Shown: in pieces, positions 44,055 to 54,596 of the stretch | Layout of the letters: each line of letters begins with the position of its first letter | Numbering within the stretch: the first letter of the stretch is position 1 | Source of the DNA: Pachysolen tannophilus NRRL Y-2460 | Taxonomy: Eukaryota | Direction of reading: 5' to 3' | Assembly: GCA_001661245.1 (NCBI GenBank) | Contig: KV454012.1 | Span: 712,147 to 776,146 of the forward strand | Length of the DNA: 64,000 bases | The notes under the pieces: generated by a model | Database searches by the model: none | The model's input: only the letters and a program-made list of their open reading frames with translations | Told to the model about the DNA's origin: nothing | Program-made: the position numbers and the translations under genes

Positions 44055-46667
44055 ATGTCTCGAGTAATAGTTAAGGGGCTTCCAAAGTATTTAACTGAAG
44101 ATAAGTTGAAGGAGAAGTTTGGTGAGAAAGGTGATGTTACAGATGTTAAATTGATGAAGAATAGATTTGGTGAGTCTAGGAGGTTTGCTTTTATTGGTTA
44201 TAGAAGGCTGCAAGATGCTGAAGATGCGGTGAGGTATTTCAATAAGTCTTTTATAGATACTTCGAGAATTGATGTTGAGTTGGCAAAGACATTTGCAGAT
44301 CCAAATGTGCCATTATCATGGAGAGAGAAAAAAAGATTACAAGATGAGAATTTAAGATTGCAGAAGGAAAAGACTTTGGAATTGGAACAAAATTTGAAAA
44401 TGGAGGCTACTGCAAGAGGGAATAAGAATAATAAGAGACAAAAAATTTCTGATGAAATTAATCTGCAGATTGATAGTAATCCTAAATTGAAAGAGTTTAT
44501 GCAAGTTATGAAACCAAGTCGTGAAGTGAAATCTTGGTCAAATGATATGGTAGTGAGTGAATCAGGTGCTCCTTCGAATAAAGATCTTGAAGCAGTGTTG
44601 GCAGAAAAGGAACTTGGAGGAAGTTCAAAAGTGATACGGGAAACAAATCATAATGGTAAGATCATTTCAGAAGATGCAAGTGATGATGAATATGAAGATT
44701 TCAATACAAAATCCTCATCTAATATTGAGAATGATGATGGCTCAGAAACTCTTCTGGAAGAACAAATGATTAGCTTGTCTGAATTGCCAGAGAAGGAAAA
44801 CATCAATGATAATGGTGAAGGTGTGTCTGATTTAGATTGGTTAAAGCAAAGACAAGTAAGAATCAAAGAAGGAGGTGAAAAAGTCATTCAAAAACAGCAA
44901 AAATCATCGTCACAAGAAATTGAAAATGAAAATATTTCAAAATCACAAGATGAAGTTGAAGTTGAATTAGAAAAAATTGAAACAGAACAAGAAAAATCAA
45001 TTAATGGAATCTTAGAAACTGGAAGATTATTTTTACGTAATATTTCATATACAGCAAAAGAAGAAGATTTTACCGAGCTATTTTCAAAATTTGGAGAATT
45101 AGAAAGTGTTCATATTGCAATTGATACAAGAACAGGTACTTCAAAAGGTTTTGCATATATTCAATTTAAATCTTCGGATGATGCTGTTGAAGCTTATAAG
45201 GAGTTGGATAAACAGATTTTTCAAGGAAGATTATTACATATCTTACCAGGACAAGTGAAAAAAGATCATAAATTGGACGAGTTTGATCTCAAGAATCTTC
45301 CGTTGAAAAAACAAAGAGAATTGAAAAAAAAACTGAATGCTTCAAAATCTCAATTTAGTTGGAATTCTTTATTCATGAATCAAGATGCAGTAATGGAATC
45401 TGTTGCAAGCAGATTAGGAGTTGAAAAATCACTGTTGTTGGACCCAGAAAATAGTTCTTCTGCGGTGAAACAAGCATTAGCAGAAGCTTCCGTCATTGGA
45501 GATGTCAGAAAATATTTTGAAATGAAAGGTATAGATTTGACAAGTTTTGAGAAAACAAAAGAAAGGGATGATAAAGTTGTACTTGTTAAGAATTTTCCAT
45601 ATGGAACTACTATAGAAGAAATTGGAGAGTTGTTTTCTCCATTTGGAGAATTAAAAAGATTATTGATGCCTCCAGCAGGAACTATTGCTATTGTTGAGTT
45701 TAGAGATTTACCATCTGCTAGAGCTGCATTTACTAAATTGGCATTTAGAAGATTTAAAAAATCAATTATTTATTTAGAGAAGGGTCCAAAGGACTTATTT
45801 ACAAGAGAACCAACTGAAAGTGAATTAATTTCAATTATGAACGATAAAGAACAGAGTCAAGAAGAAATCTCCACTGCAAAGGAAGCTAAAACAACTTCTA
45901 ATGATATAATGGCTTTTGAGAATAACGTTGAGAAGGACAATGAAGATACAGAAGATTTTACTGGACCTACAGTTTCCGTATTTGTGAAGAACTTGAATTT
46001 CTCAACAACACAACAACAGCTTGGAAATTTATTCAAACCATTAGAAGGATTTATTGTCTGTACTATAAAGCAAAAACCTGATTTAAAAAATCCAGGAAAA
46101 TTTTTAAGTATGGGTTTTGGGTTTGTTGAATTTAAAACCAGTGATCAAGCAAAAGCTGCTATAGCTGCTTTAGATGGACATGTATTTGATGGACATAAAT
46201 TGCAACTCAAACTCTCAACAAGACAACACGTTGTTTCAGAAACAACTCTGAAAACTCCGAAATCAGCCAAATCATCCAAAATTATTGTCAAGAATTTACC
46301 ATTTGAAGCTACAAGAAAGGACGTTGTTGAATTATTTTCTTCATTTGGTCAACTCAAGTCTGTTAGAGTTCCAAAGAAAATTGATAATTCCACCAGAGGT
46401 TTTGCCTTTGTTGAATTTACATTATTGAAAGAAGCAGAGCAAGCCATGGATCAATTAAAAGGTGTACATTTGTTAGGTAGACGGTTGGTTATGCAGTTTG
46501 CTGAAAAGGAAGCAACCAACGTCGATGAGGAGATCGATAAGATGACTTCTAGAGTCAAGAAACAAGTCAATACTACTAAGATGGCTCATGTTTCTAGATT
46601 GACCGGAAAGCGTAAAATAGATGGATTGGAGGACGATGAATTTGGAGATGAGCTTGATAAAATGTAA
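44055..46667 (+). CDS. MRD1: Multiple-RRM pre-rRNA processing protein Mrd1
   Basis: MSRVIVKGLP start, five RRMs, FSWNSL.MN and SAVKQALAEA; PAC/RRPE-like motifs upstream at about 43864-43913. Confidence 0.96.
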   Translation: MSRVIVKGLPKYLTEDKLKEKFGEKGDVTDVKLMKNRFGESRRFAFIGYRRLQDAEDAVRYFNKSFIDTSRIDVELAKTFADPNVPLSWREKKRLQDENLRLQKEKTLELEQNLKMEATARGNKNNKRQKISDEINLQIDSNPKLKEFMQVMKPSREVKSWSNDMVVSESGAPSNKDLEAVLAEKELGGSSKVIRETNHNGKIISEDASDDEYEDFNTKSSSNIENDDGSETLLEEQMISLSELPEKENINDNGEGVSDLDWLKQRQVRIKEGGEKVIQKQQKSSSQEIENENISKSQDEVEVELEKIETEQEKSINGILETGRLFLRNISYTAKEEDFTELFSKFGELESVHIAIDTRTGTSKGFAYIQFKSSDDAVEAYKELDKQIFQGRLLHILPGQVKKDHKLDEFDLKNLPLKKQRELKKKLNASKSQFSWNSLFMNQDAVMESVASRLGVEKSLLLDPENSSSAVKQALAEASVIGDVRKYFEMKGIDLTSFEKTKERDDKVVLVKNFPYGTTIEEIGELFSPFGELKRLLMPPAGTIAIVEFRDLPSARAAFTKLAFRRFKKSIIYLEKGPKDLFTREPTESELISIMNDKEQSQEEISTAKEAKTTSNDIMAFENNVEKDNEDTEDFTGPTVSVFVKNLNFSTTQQQLGNLFKPLEGFIVCTIKQKPDLKNPGKFLSMGFGFVEFKTSDQAKAAIAALDGHVFDGHKLQLKLSTRQHVVSETTLKTPKSAKSSKIIVKNLPFEATRKDVVELFSSFGQLKSVRVPKKIDNSTRGFAFVEFTLLKEAEQAMDQLKGVHLLGRRLVMQFAEKEATNVDEEIDKMTSRVKKQVNTTKMAHVSRLTGKRKIDGLEDDEFGDELDKM

Positions 46668-46870
46668 TTAGTTTAGAAAGAACAGTCACATTTATAGGAT
46701 TTTATAGGTTTATGCACTTGAATAATAGATACATAATTGATATAATATAGTAGAAAACAATTCCATTTATGAAAATACACAAAACAAAGAGAGAAAAAAA
46801 AAACCAAATTAAATCAAACATTAAATGTAAAGGTACATATACGCACACCATACAATGCAAAAATAAACAC

Positions 46871-48682
46871 TTATTTCTTCTCCAACTTTTGCAATTTAGC
46901 TTTGGCTTTTTCGATCTTTCTTCTTTTTGCCTTCAATTCTTCTTGTCTTGTTTCTTCCTTGTTAAGACCATATTGCATTTTCTTATATAATTTACGCTGT
47001 TTGTTGGACATCATAATCTTCTTCAATTCTTTTTCTTCATCTTCTTCTTTCTTTGTTGCTTTTCTCTTCTTTGAAGAAGGTGCATCCTGTTCAACTTCAG
47101 AATATTTAACACCAGCAGCTTCTAATTCCAATTCTTTTTGAGCTTGTATATCTTCGTCTTCTTCATCTTCTTCTTCGTCTTCGTCAACCTCTTCCTCCTC
47201 GTTTTCTTCTTCATCTTCTTCTTCTTCTTCGTCTTCTTCTTCCTCGTCATCATCCAGTTCAATGGCAGCTTCTGGGTTATAACCACCAGCATCTCCCCAT
47301 GGAGATAAATGAGGTGGTAAAGTCTCCCCAGGAGTATAATCTGAAACTGGTAATAATTGGGCTTTATTGAACGAATCAAAGATCCATTGTGGTTGAACAT
47401 AAGTTCTTCCAGGAACCTTATTAGCAATCTTTGGTCTATCAGAAATCTGATGAGTTACACCTGATAAATCAATATCATCTATTGATTCGGATTCATTGTT
47501 TAATAAATAAGCATCAAGAGCAGATTCTGAAATGATTTTACCTCCAGATGAAACTATTAAAAATTCTAGAATATCTAATGGTACTTCTCTACCAACGAAA
47601 AATGTAAAACCATCAAATAATGTAGAAACTGGGTTATCAAATTTTGAAGGTTGCAGTAATATATCACCAGTATGTTTATTAGAATCTGTAAATTGATCCA
47701 ACTCTACTTCTTCAACATTTTCTACTACATCTTCATCATTATTTTCAACTGTTTCAAATTGTTCATGTTTAGCATCTGCTTGTAAAGCTTTTGCTATTTC
47801 CTTTTCTGATAAAATTGTTTCTTTAATATTTTTATTATTTTCATCAATTAATGAATTTGGTAATAATGATGTTGAACCTTCTTTTGTTTCCAATACATAT
47901 GCACTTAATCCACCAATTCCTTTTAATTTCTTATTATCAATTGTTGGTGGATAAATCAAATTTGAACCAGTATATAATTTAAATAATACAAAATGTAATA
48001 AAGTTGAATAAAATTCCAAAAAAGTTAACATGATTCTAAAATCAATATCTGATGGAATATTTTGTGGAAATTTAAAAGGTACTAACCACATTATTTCTTG
48101 ACCTTTAACATTTGCAGAATAATAAACTCCTTTTATAGAAACGAAAACTTTTCTAACAAGTCTTTCCTTAGCAACATAAGCTAACCATTGATTACATAAC
48201 TTATCAGCTTCTTTTGTGATTCTAGCACTAACTTTATCGGTAGCTGGCATATTACTAAATAAAAATAACATATTTAAAGCATCATCAATATCTCTTAAAG
48301 CATCAAGAAAACTTGGATATCTTTCCTTAATAACATGATCTAATTTATATTTTGGTTTATTCGAATCCAATCTTTTTGCTGAACCAACTTCACCTTTCCC
48401 TAAAGCTCTATTTAATTTTTTAGAAAAAGTCTTGTGCTCTCTAAATTTTTGTAAAATAGGCTCATGTAATAAATATTGAATATCTTTAGAATAATAAAAT
48501 GTAACAGGAGCAGTAGATCCTTTATTAGCCTTCTTCTTATTTCTTGGTTCTCTAGGATAAATACCTTTAAATATACATAATCTTCTAAAATCAGCTAACG
48601 AAACTTGTAACTTCTTAACAGCTTGAGTCCTAGTAATAAAGTTTTTGGCATTACCTGACTTGTTCTTCTTCTTTATCTGCAT
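46871..48682 (-). CDS. NOP7: Pescadillo homologue Nop7
   Basis: [31 protein letters not shown] (YVQPQW.FD) and LPPHLSPW. Confidence 0.97.
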   Translation of the reverse strand: MQIKKKNKSGNAKNFITRTQAVKKLQVSLADFRRLCIFKGIYPREPRNKKKANKGSTAPVTFYYSKDIQYLLHEPILQKFREHKTFSKKLNRALGKGEVGSAKRLDSNKPKYKLDHVIKERYPSFLDALRDIDDALNMLFLFSNMPATDKVSARITKEADKLCNQWLAYVAKERLVRKVFVSIKGVYYSANVKGQEIMWLVPFKFPQNIPSDIDFRIMLTFLEFYSTLLHFVLFKLYTGSNLIYPPTIDNKKLKGIGGLSAYVLETKEGSTSLLPNSLIDENNKNIKETILSEKEIAKALQADAKHEQFETVENNDEDVVENVEEVELDQFTDSNKHTGDILLQPSKFDNPVSTLFDGFTFFVGREVPLDILEFLIVSSGGKIISESALDAYLLNNESESIDDIDLSGVTHQISDRPKIANKVPGRTYVQPQWIFDSFNKAQLLPVSDYTPGETLPPHLSPWGDAGGYNPEAAIELDDDEEEEDEEEEEDEEENEEEEVDEDEEEDEEDEDIQAQKELELEAAGVKYSEVEQDAPSSKKRKATKKEEDEEKELKKIMMSNKQRKLYKKMQYGLNKEETRQEELKAKRRKIEKAKAKLQKLEKK

Positions 48683-48865
48683 CTTCCTAACTTCTCAAGA
48701 TTCAACACACAATAAAAAAAAAAGATTTCAAAACCACACTGACAAAAACAATCACTCAATAAAAGTATCTTCTTCTTCTTTTTTGCTCTTTAATACCTCT
48801 CTTTCTTTTCCTCTTCGCTCTTCTTCCCTCTTCTCTTTATGAAAAAAATTTTTTTTTTTTTTTTT

Positions 48866-48878
48866 TGAAAAATTTTCA
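48866..48878. promoter_or_regulatory. RRPE motif TGAAAAATTTTCA upstream of NOP7
   Basis: Near-palindromic RRPE in the NOP7/SRB5 divergent promoter. Confidence 0.6.
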
Positions 48879-49036
48879 AAATTTCCTCATTCGGAATTTG
48901 ATTGTTTTCAAACGACTTTGGATTTTTTTTGGGTCATTTAATGGACCAATTTTGATAGCGGTTAGGGTCATAAACATATATGTTTATGGTGATGGTGTGA
49001 TAACGACAACAAATTGGATAGGGTATATTGGTGGAG

Positions 49037-49864
49037 ATGGTTCATCAGTTGTCGTTGGTAGCGGAGATCCCGCAGCCGCAGTATATGCTTAGTGTGTCCA
49101 CTTTGGCTGCTATTACTGGGATGACACCTGAGGATTTGTCTTTACATGTTGTACTTTTAAAACCAAAGTTCCCATTTAATCCAGAGATACAAGCAGGTAA
49201 AGTGAATCAAATTGAACAATATCGGATAAGAATCACTTCAAGTTTTGATTCTAGTAGTGGTACTCAGCAGCGACTGCAACTGCAACTGCAACTTGAATCT
49301 CAAAGTATATTTGAATTCAATAAAAATTCTAATGATTTAACATCTCGTAAATGGACTATTCAAGTAAGTGAAATACCTTCTGCTGGAAGAAGAACTGTTT
49401 CATCACAAAATATATATGAATCTACCATTGTAAATACTGGGGCACATAACGATTTGATTGGATACCTTGATGAATTGGGATACTCTTTGGAAACAGAATT
49501 TTGGATAAAAGGTGTAAGATTTTATCATAATGATATTATAATTGAAATTTATAGAATTTATGTTAAATCTGATAATATTTCAACTGTTATAGTTCCTATT
49601 GGTGAAAAAGAACAAGATTTAGCAAAATTATATAAATTAGAATTATTAGATAAAACAGGTAAATTTTTTGTTAAATGTTTTGTTAATGTTGAAAGACAAA
49701 CAGGTGTTGAAAGTATAACAAAGGCAAATAAACAATTGGATCTTTTAAAAAATGAATTATCAGGATTAATTGATTTAGAAATACCTGATAGAATTGCAAT
49801 GGATAGTAGAGTCAATTCAAAAATTGGTATAAGTAATTACAACATTAGCGTTAGAAAAAAATAG
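49037..49864 (+). CDS. SRB5: Mediator subunit Med18
   Basis: MVHQLSL, GKVNQIEQYR, WT.Q.S.IP.AG, L.ELGY....E.W.KG..F and IPDR..MDSR. Confidence 0.9.
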   Translation: MVHQLSLVAEIPQPQYMLSVSTLAAITGMTPEDLSLHVVLLKPKFPFNPEIQAGKVNQIEQYRIRITSSFDSSSGTQQRLQLQLQLESQSIFEFNKNSNDLTSRKWTIQVSEIPSAGRRTVSSQNIYESTIVNTGAHNDLIGYLDELGYSLETEFWIKGVRFYHNDIIIEIYRIYVKSDNISTVIVPIGEKEQDLAKLYKLELLDKTGKFFVKCFVNVERQTGVESITKANKQLDLLKNELSGLIDLEIPDRIAMDSRVNSKIGISNYNISVRKK

Positions 49865-49868
49865 AAAA

Positions 49869-50384
49869 TTAATTCTTTTCATCTTTTATTAATCCTTCCT
49901 TAACTATATAATATCCATCTTCATTTTCTGATGCTAATTTCATTGGATCCCAATTTTTCGGAATCTCTCCCTTTAATAAATCTGGTTTCAGACAATTATT
50001 TATTTGTTCAATTATATCTCCATATTTCAACAGTGGTAAATCTTGTCTTATTATTCTTGAATCAATATTGTAATTTTTTGATTCAAATATTTTTATACTA
50101 TGTAAATGATTTATAAAATTGATTTGATTGTTTAAAGATTTAATCAACTCTCCATTACCACCATCATCATCACGAGAAATCTTTGTCGATAAACCTGACA
50201 ACTGTAACAACTTTATCAATTGTGATTGATCTATACTCTTAGTTCCGGTATTATTTACTTGATCCAATAAACTTGAAACCTTCCATTCGGGTTTCGATAA
50301 AAAATCTTTGATTTCAACTACAGATTGAAACTTGGATATAACCTTGGCCGAATAATTTCTCTTAGCCAACATCATCATCATCAT
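49869..50384 (-). CDS. GTF1: Mitochondrial Glu-tRNA(Gln) amidotransferase subunit F
   Basis: F.S..EI..FL.KP.W.V..LL, KLL.LSGL, L..QI.FI.HLH and KGE...W motifs; synteny with NOP7/SRB5. Confidence 0.75.
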   Translation of the reverse strand: MMMMMLAKRNYSAKVISKFQSVVEIKDFLSKPEWKVSSLLDQVNNTGTKSIDQSQLIKLLQLSGLSTKISRDDDGGNGELIKSLNNQINFINHLHSIKIFESKNYNIDSRIIRQDLPLLKYGDIIEQINNCLKPDLLKGEIPKNWDPMKLASENEDGYYIVKEGLIKDEKN

Positions 50385-50578
50385 ATGCCTTTTCTAACCC
50401 TGATTTTCCAGCTTTATCCAATAGATCATTTCATCAATAAAATTGATTAATTTTTGAAATAAAAACAATTTTTTACAAGAGAAACAAACTACAAAAAAAA
50501 AAATAAAAAATTTATAAAATTTACAAAACTTATTAAAGATAGATTAATTCAAAATTAGATCAAATAAATACAATCAAG

Positions 50579-51030
50579 ATGGCTGTTGATATTCCCAAGT
50601 GAGTATTATTGGAGATATTATTGTTTAAATGGGATGGTTGATTATTAACATCTTTTATTAATTAATTTATTTTTTGTTTCACCATTTTATTGAATTAGAT
50701 CAGTAATACAGAAATTGGTGTTCTTTACAGCAATGATGATAATCTCACCAGTTTTGACCTTCTTTATTGCCCAATGGTTATTCAGTAAGTAAGAGTCATA
50801 AACATGTTAATAGTTTTAGTTTATATATTCGATGTGGATTTTTAAATTTCTAAGATTTCAAATTACTAATAAACTCGATTCATTATATATGTTTAGGTAA
50901 TAATGCTATAATATCTGGAGGTTTAGCTGCTTTAGTTGCCAATGTTGTGCTAATAGGTTATGTTATTGCTGCTTTTACAGAAGATACAACTGGATATGAG
51001 GGAGATGGTAATTTAAAGAAACAGGATTAA
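50579..51030 (+). CDS. VMA21: V-ATPase assembly factor Vma21; exons 50579-50598, 50699-50784 and 50897-51030
   Basis: Spliced product [79 protein letters not shown] ends in a KKxx ER-retrieval signal. Introns GTGAGT..TATTAAC..TAG and GTAAGT..TACTAAT..TAG. Absent from the ORF track. Confidence 0.9.
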
Positions 51031-51245
51031 TCGAAATAAAATGAAAATAGCACAAGGTTTCTAATAATTTTTGTATAAAACTTTTTTTTTGTTTTGTTTT
51101 ACTTCTTTTTCTTTAAAAAAAAAACAGATCCATTCAATTATGAATAACTTCTTCTTCTTATTCTATTATTTTGGTTCTATATCGTCGTTCTCGTAGAGTT
51201 TTGTAAAATAAAAATAGAACAGTAAGGTCAGTTGTTTCTCACATA

Positions 51246-51252
51246 TATACGA
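51246..51252 (-). promoter_or_regulatory. Sterol regulatory element TCGTATA (Upc2/Ecm22-type)
   Basis: Exact motif about 130 bp upstream of the ERG24 ATG. Confidence 0.55.
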
Positions 51253-51383
51253 GATATCGAAACTTGAAAAATGAAAATTTGAAAAATTCAAGCAATACAA
51301 AGTTTTAGCAACTTTTAAATTGATTTGAAAATAAATTGATCTTTTGAAGCTGTGAGATCATTAGCATTTGAATCTTAGTCAAG

Positions 51384-52742
51384 ATGTCAGTTCGATCTGG
51401 AGATAAGAAGACTAAAATTCTTAATCCAATTACAATAGAAAAAGATTTTGGTGGACCAATTGGTGCTCTGTTCTTGACTATTTTTTTACCATTAACAACA
51501 ATTTTTCTTCATTTATGTTGTAATGAAAAATATTTACTGCAAGGTTTAAGTCTTGAGTTCAACAAAGTTAAAGATTTATTTTATGATGAAGTTATTGTTA
51601 ATTTTAAAGAGAATTTCTTTAATGAACGTATTTGGCTTGTATATTGTTCATGGTTCTTTATATTGGTATTTTTAGATTTTATCTTACCTGGGAAACATTT
51701 GAAAGGTGTAGAATTGAGAGATGGTACTAAATTGAGTTATAAAATTAATGGGTTAGCAATGATGGGGTTATTAGCTTCGACATTAATTGCTAGATTTATA
51801 CAAACTAATGGTGAAATGCCAGAATTATCATTTATTTATGATAATATTTTATCATTACTTTGTACAAGTATTTTTTTCTCAATTTTATTATCATGTTTTG
51901 TATATATATGTTCCTATTTACCATTAATGATGTCTAAAAATGGAATTAACACAAATGAAAGAATCTTGGCAGCTGGTGGTAACTCTGGGAATGTTATATT
52001 TGATTGGTTTATGGGTAGAGAATTAAATCCAAGAATTTTAACCTGGGACATTAAACTTTACTGTGAATTGAGACCAGGTATGTTATTATGGCTTTTAATA
52101 AATATATCATGCCTCCATAAACATTATATTGAAACTGGTGGGAAATTGAATCAAAGTTTACTCTTGGTGAATTTGTTACAAGGTTTTTATATTGTTGATG
52201 GAGTTTTAAACGAAGAAGGTTGTCTCTCTATGATTGATATAACAACTGATGGTTTTGGATTCATGTTAGCATTTGGAGATTTGACATGGGTTCCATTTAC
52301 TTATTCTTTGCAATCAAGGTATTTAGTTTTAAATCCAATTCAAATTGGGTGGTTAAATTTTAGTTTAATAATTCTATTAAACATCTTGGGATATTATGTT
52401 TTCCATTCATCTAATTCACAAAAGGCTAATTTTAGGAAAGATCCAGCAAGTTTTAATCAAATGAAATCTATAAAAACAAAGACAGGAACGTTATTATTAT
52501 GTGATGGATGGTGGAAATTGTCACAACATATAAATTATTTTGGTGATTGGATAATGTCCTGGTCTTGGTGCTTACCAACTGGATTCAACACGCCGTTAAC
52601 ATATTTCTATGTCATATATTTTGGATTTTTGTTATTACATAGACAAAAAAGAGATGAAGATAAGTGTCGGAAAAAGTATGGAGAGAGTTGGAAAGAATAT
52701 GAAAGAAAAGTTCCATATAAAATTATTCCTTACATATATTAA
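51384..52742 (+). CDS. ERG24: C-14 sterol reductase
   Basis: FGGPIGA, GRELNPR, DIK..CELRPG, DITTDGFGFML.FGD, HINYFGD and C.KKYG.SW..Y. Confidence 0.95.
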   Translation: MSVRSGDKKTKILNPITIEKDFGGPIGALFLTIFLPLTTIFLHLCCNEKYLLQGLSLEFNKVKDLFYDEVIVNFKENFFNERIWLVYCSWFFILVFLDFILPGKHLKGVELRDGTKLSYKINGLAMMGLLASTLIARFIQTNGEMPELSFIYDNILSLLCTSIFFSILLSCFVYICSYLPLMMSKNGINTNERILAAGGNSGNVIFDWFMGRELNPRILTWDIKLYCELRPGMLLWLLINISCLHKHYIETGGKLNQSLLLVNLLQGFYIVDGVLNEEGCLSMIDITTDGFGFMLAFGDLTWVPFTYSLQSRYLVLNPIQIGWLNFSLIILLNILGYYVFHSSNSQKANFRKDPASFNQMKSIKTKTGTLLLCDGWWKLSQHINYFGDWIMSWSWCLPTGFNTPLTYFYVIYFGFLLLHRQKRDEDKCRKKYGESWKEYERKVPYKIIPYIY

Positions 52743-52856
52743 AAATATTAATTCACAAAACAACTAGATTTTTTTTTTTCTTTTATTGATATATATAGGT
52801 TTAATTAATTTAAAAATAACTTGATTAAAAAAAAATAATCAAGTTTTTTTGTGTGA

Positions 52857-53924
52857 TTATTGAACTTTTTTCTGTCCATTAACTGGTTTTTCAAAAGCTT
52901 TATAACTAATTTGTAGACTACTTGTCCACTTCAACGCAACTGAAAAAATGGCAATTAAGAAAAGAGATACTACAGTACCCATCCAGATTCCAGGTGTGAA
53001 GAACTGATACTTCGTGAACAAGTTACTATTTGTGTCATCATCATTATCATCATTATCATCAGAATCAGAATCATTTGTAGTATAAGTTACATCACCACTA
53101 TCACTATCATAAACTGTGACGGTATCTCCTTCACCAATCATGCCTTCGATTTGTTTAAAAGTTTCTGATAATTCTTCTTTTAATTTCAGATAATCTTCAT
53201 CTTCAACTGAAGATTCAGTATAATCATCAAATTCATTATCTAAATTTTGATCTCTTTTCAGTTTCAAATGAGTTTTCCTCTTATTAGAAATTATCTCACT
53301 ATTTTTACCATTTTTGTAATGTTGTGAATTAAAATAAGGCAAACCTTGAATAACAATTTTGGAATCCAATTTAAAACTATCAATTAATACTTGTAATTTA
53401 TTCAATTTTGAATCTATCTTGTTCAATTCAAGAATTCTTGAACGATCATTTAATTTATTTAATAATTCAGGTAATCTAATAATTATTAATTCATTATTCT
53501 CAACTATTTCCTTGCTCAATTGAGTAACCCAACTATCATCATCATCTTCCTCATCACTAATATTGATAATTTTTTCATTTTTAAAACATTTTTTTTCAAA
53601 TAATTCAATTTTTGAATCATAAATACAATGCATAGAATGTTTATAATTCCCAATGCTATTATTATCCATCATTTTACTTAAAAATGGAATCACATCATCT
53701 CCATTACTTAAATCTTCCTTCTTCAAACCAGGAACTTGAACCAAAAAATTATTTTTTCCCCCATTATTTTCAAATAAAGAACAAAATTCCAAATCTTTAA
53801 ATTTTGTGAAATACGTCAATTCCACATCATGATCTTTAATGAATAAAGGTGCCGAATTTTTAAACGCCTCAGTAGTAGACACTAGCACAGCGGCAGCAAC
53901 AGCAAATAACCCCAATAACTTCAT
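52857..53924 (-). CDS. VOA1: V0 assembly protein Voa1 (Ac45/ATP6AP1-like)
   Basis: Signal peptide, then LFTKYQFFTPGIWMG TM segment, LQISYKAFEK and a KKxx end. Confidence 0.75.
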   Translation of the reverse strand: MKLLGLFAVAAAVLVSTTEAFKNSAPLFIKDHDVELTYFTKFKDLEFCSLFENNGGKNNFLVQVPGLKKEDLSNGDDVIPFLSKMMDNNSIGNYKHSMHCIYDSKIELFEKKCFKNEKIINISDEEDDDDSWVTQLSKEIVENNELIIIRLPELLNKLNDRSRILELNKIDSKLNKLQVLIDSFKLDSKIVIQGLPYFNSQHYKNGKNSEIISNKRKTHLKLKRDQNLDNEFDDYTESSVEDEDYLKLKEELSETFKQIEGMIGEGDTVTVYDSDSGDVTYTTNDSDSDDNDDNDDDTNSNLFTKYQFFTPGIWMGTVVSLFLIAIFSVALKWTSSLQISYKAFEKPVNGQKKVQ

Positions 53925-54392
53925 CCTCTAATGATGATTCGATGATTCCAAATTACCTTCCTTGAAACCTTGTTTTTTTTAATTAATTATATAACTTTGA
54001 TAACAGCAGCTTCCCATTTGCCTGGAAGAATATAATAATACCAAAGAACAAAGGCCAAAAAGGCCAAAAAAGAAAAAATTATCACTCAATCACCCAAAAA
54101 TTTCCTATTTGGGAAAGTGCACTTTTTATACTTCCTTTTGCGGTAATTATTAAAAAATTGCCTAAAGAGGAATTTTTCTTTTTGGCTCTTTTTCTTTTTG
54201 GCTCGAGTTTCTATTGTGAATTAGCTAAAATAAATGGTCTTTCTTCAACTTCATGTTTTTCTATTTATGAAGCCATTAAGACTATAGATTGTAGCTTTGA
54301 AAGGTCTCCGCAGCTAGCTTGAGATATCTAGTCTATTAAGTGTTAGATAGTTTTTTTTTTTTTGGCAGTATATCTTTCTATCTATCTATTTG

Positions 54393-54396
<4 letters not shown>

Positions 54397-54426
<30 letters not shown>

Positions 54427-54428
54427 TG
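54397..54428. repeat. (ATGT)n microsatellite
   Basis: Read directly. Confidence 0.8.
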
Positions 54429-54596
54429 CATGCATTTGGTTTTGTGTACCATCAGCGACATTGAGTTTAAAATTGTTTCAACAGATCAAGTTGTTTAGGT
54501 GAGTGAGTGAAATTTCTTGAGAAACTGAAAAAAAAAGCTGAAAATTGATAGTAGAGAGTTATTAGACTGAGTGAATGATCGAGACGAGAACAGATT

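Noticed and set aside
51468..51470. CTG sites that look Leu-compatible (ERG24 GA-x-F; HAK1 V-x-ILGF at about 7566-7568)
   Set aside because: These are variable hydrophobic positions where Ala is tolerated, so they do not outweigh the diagnostic sites. They are kept as possible counter-evidence.
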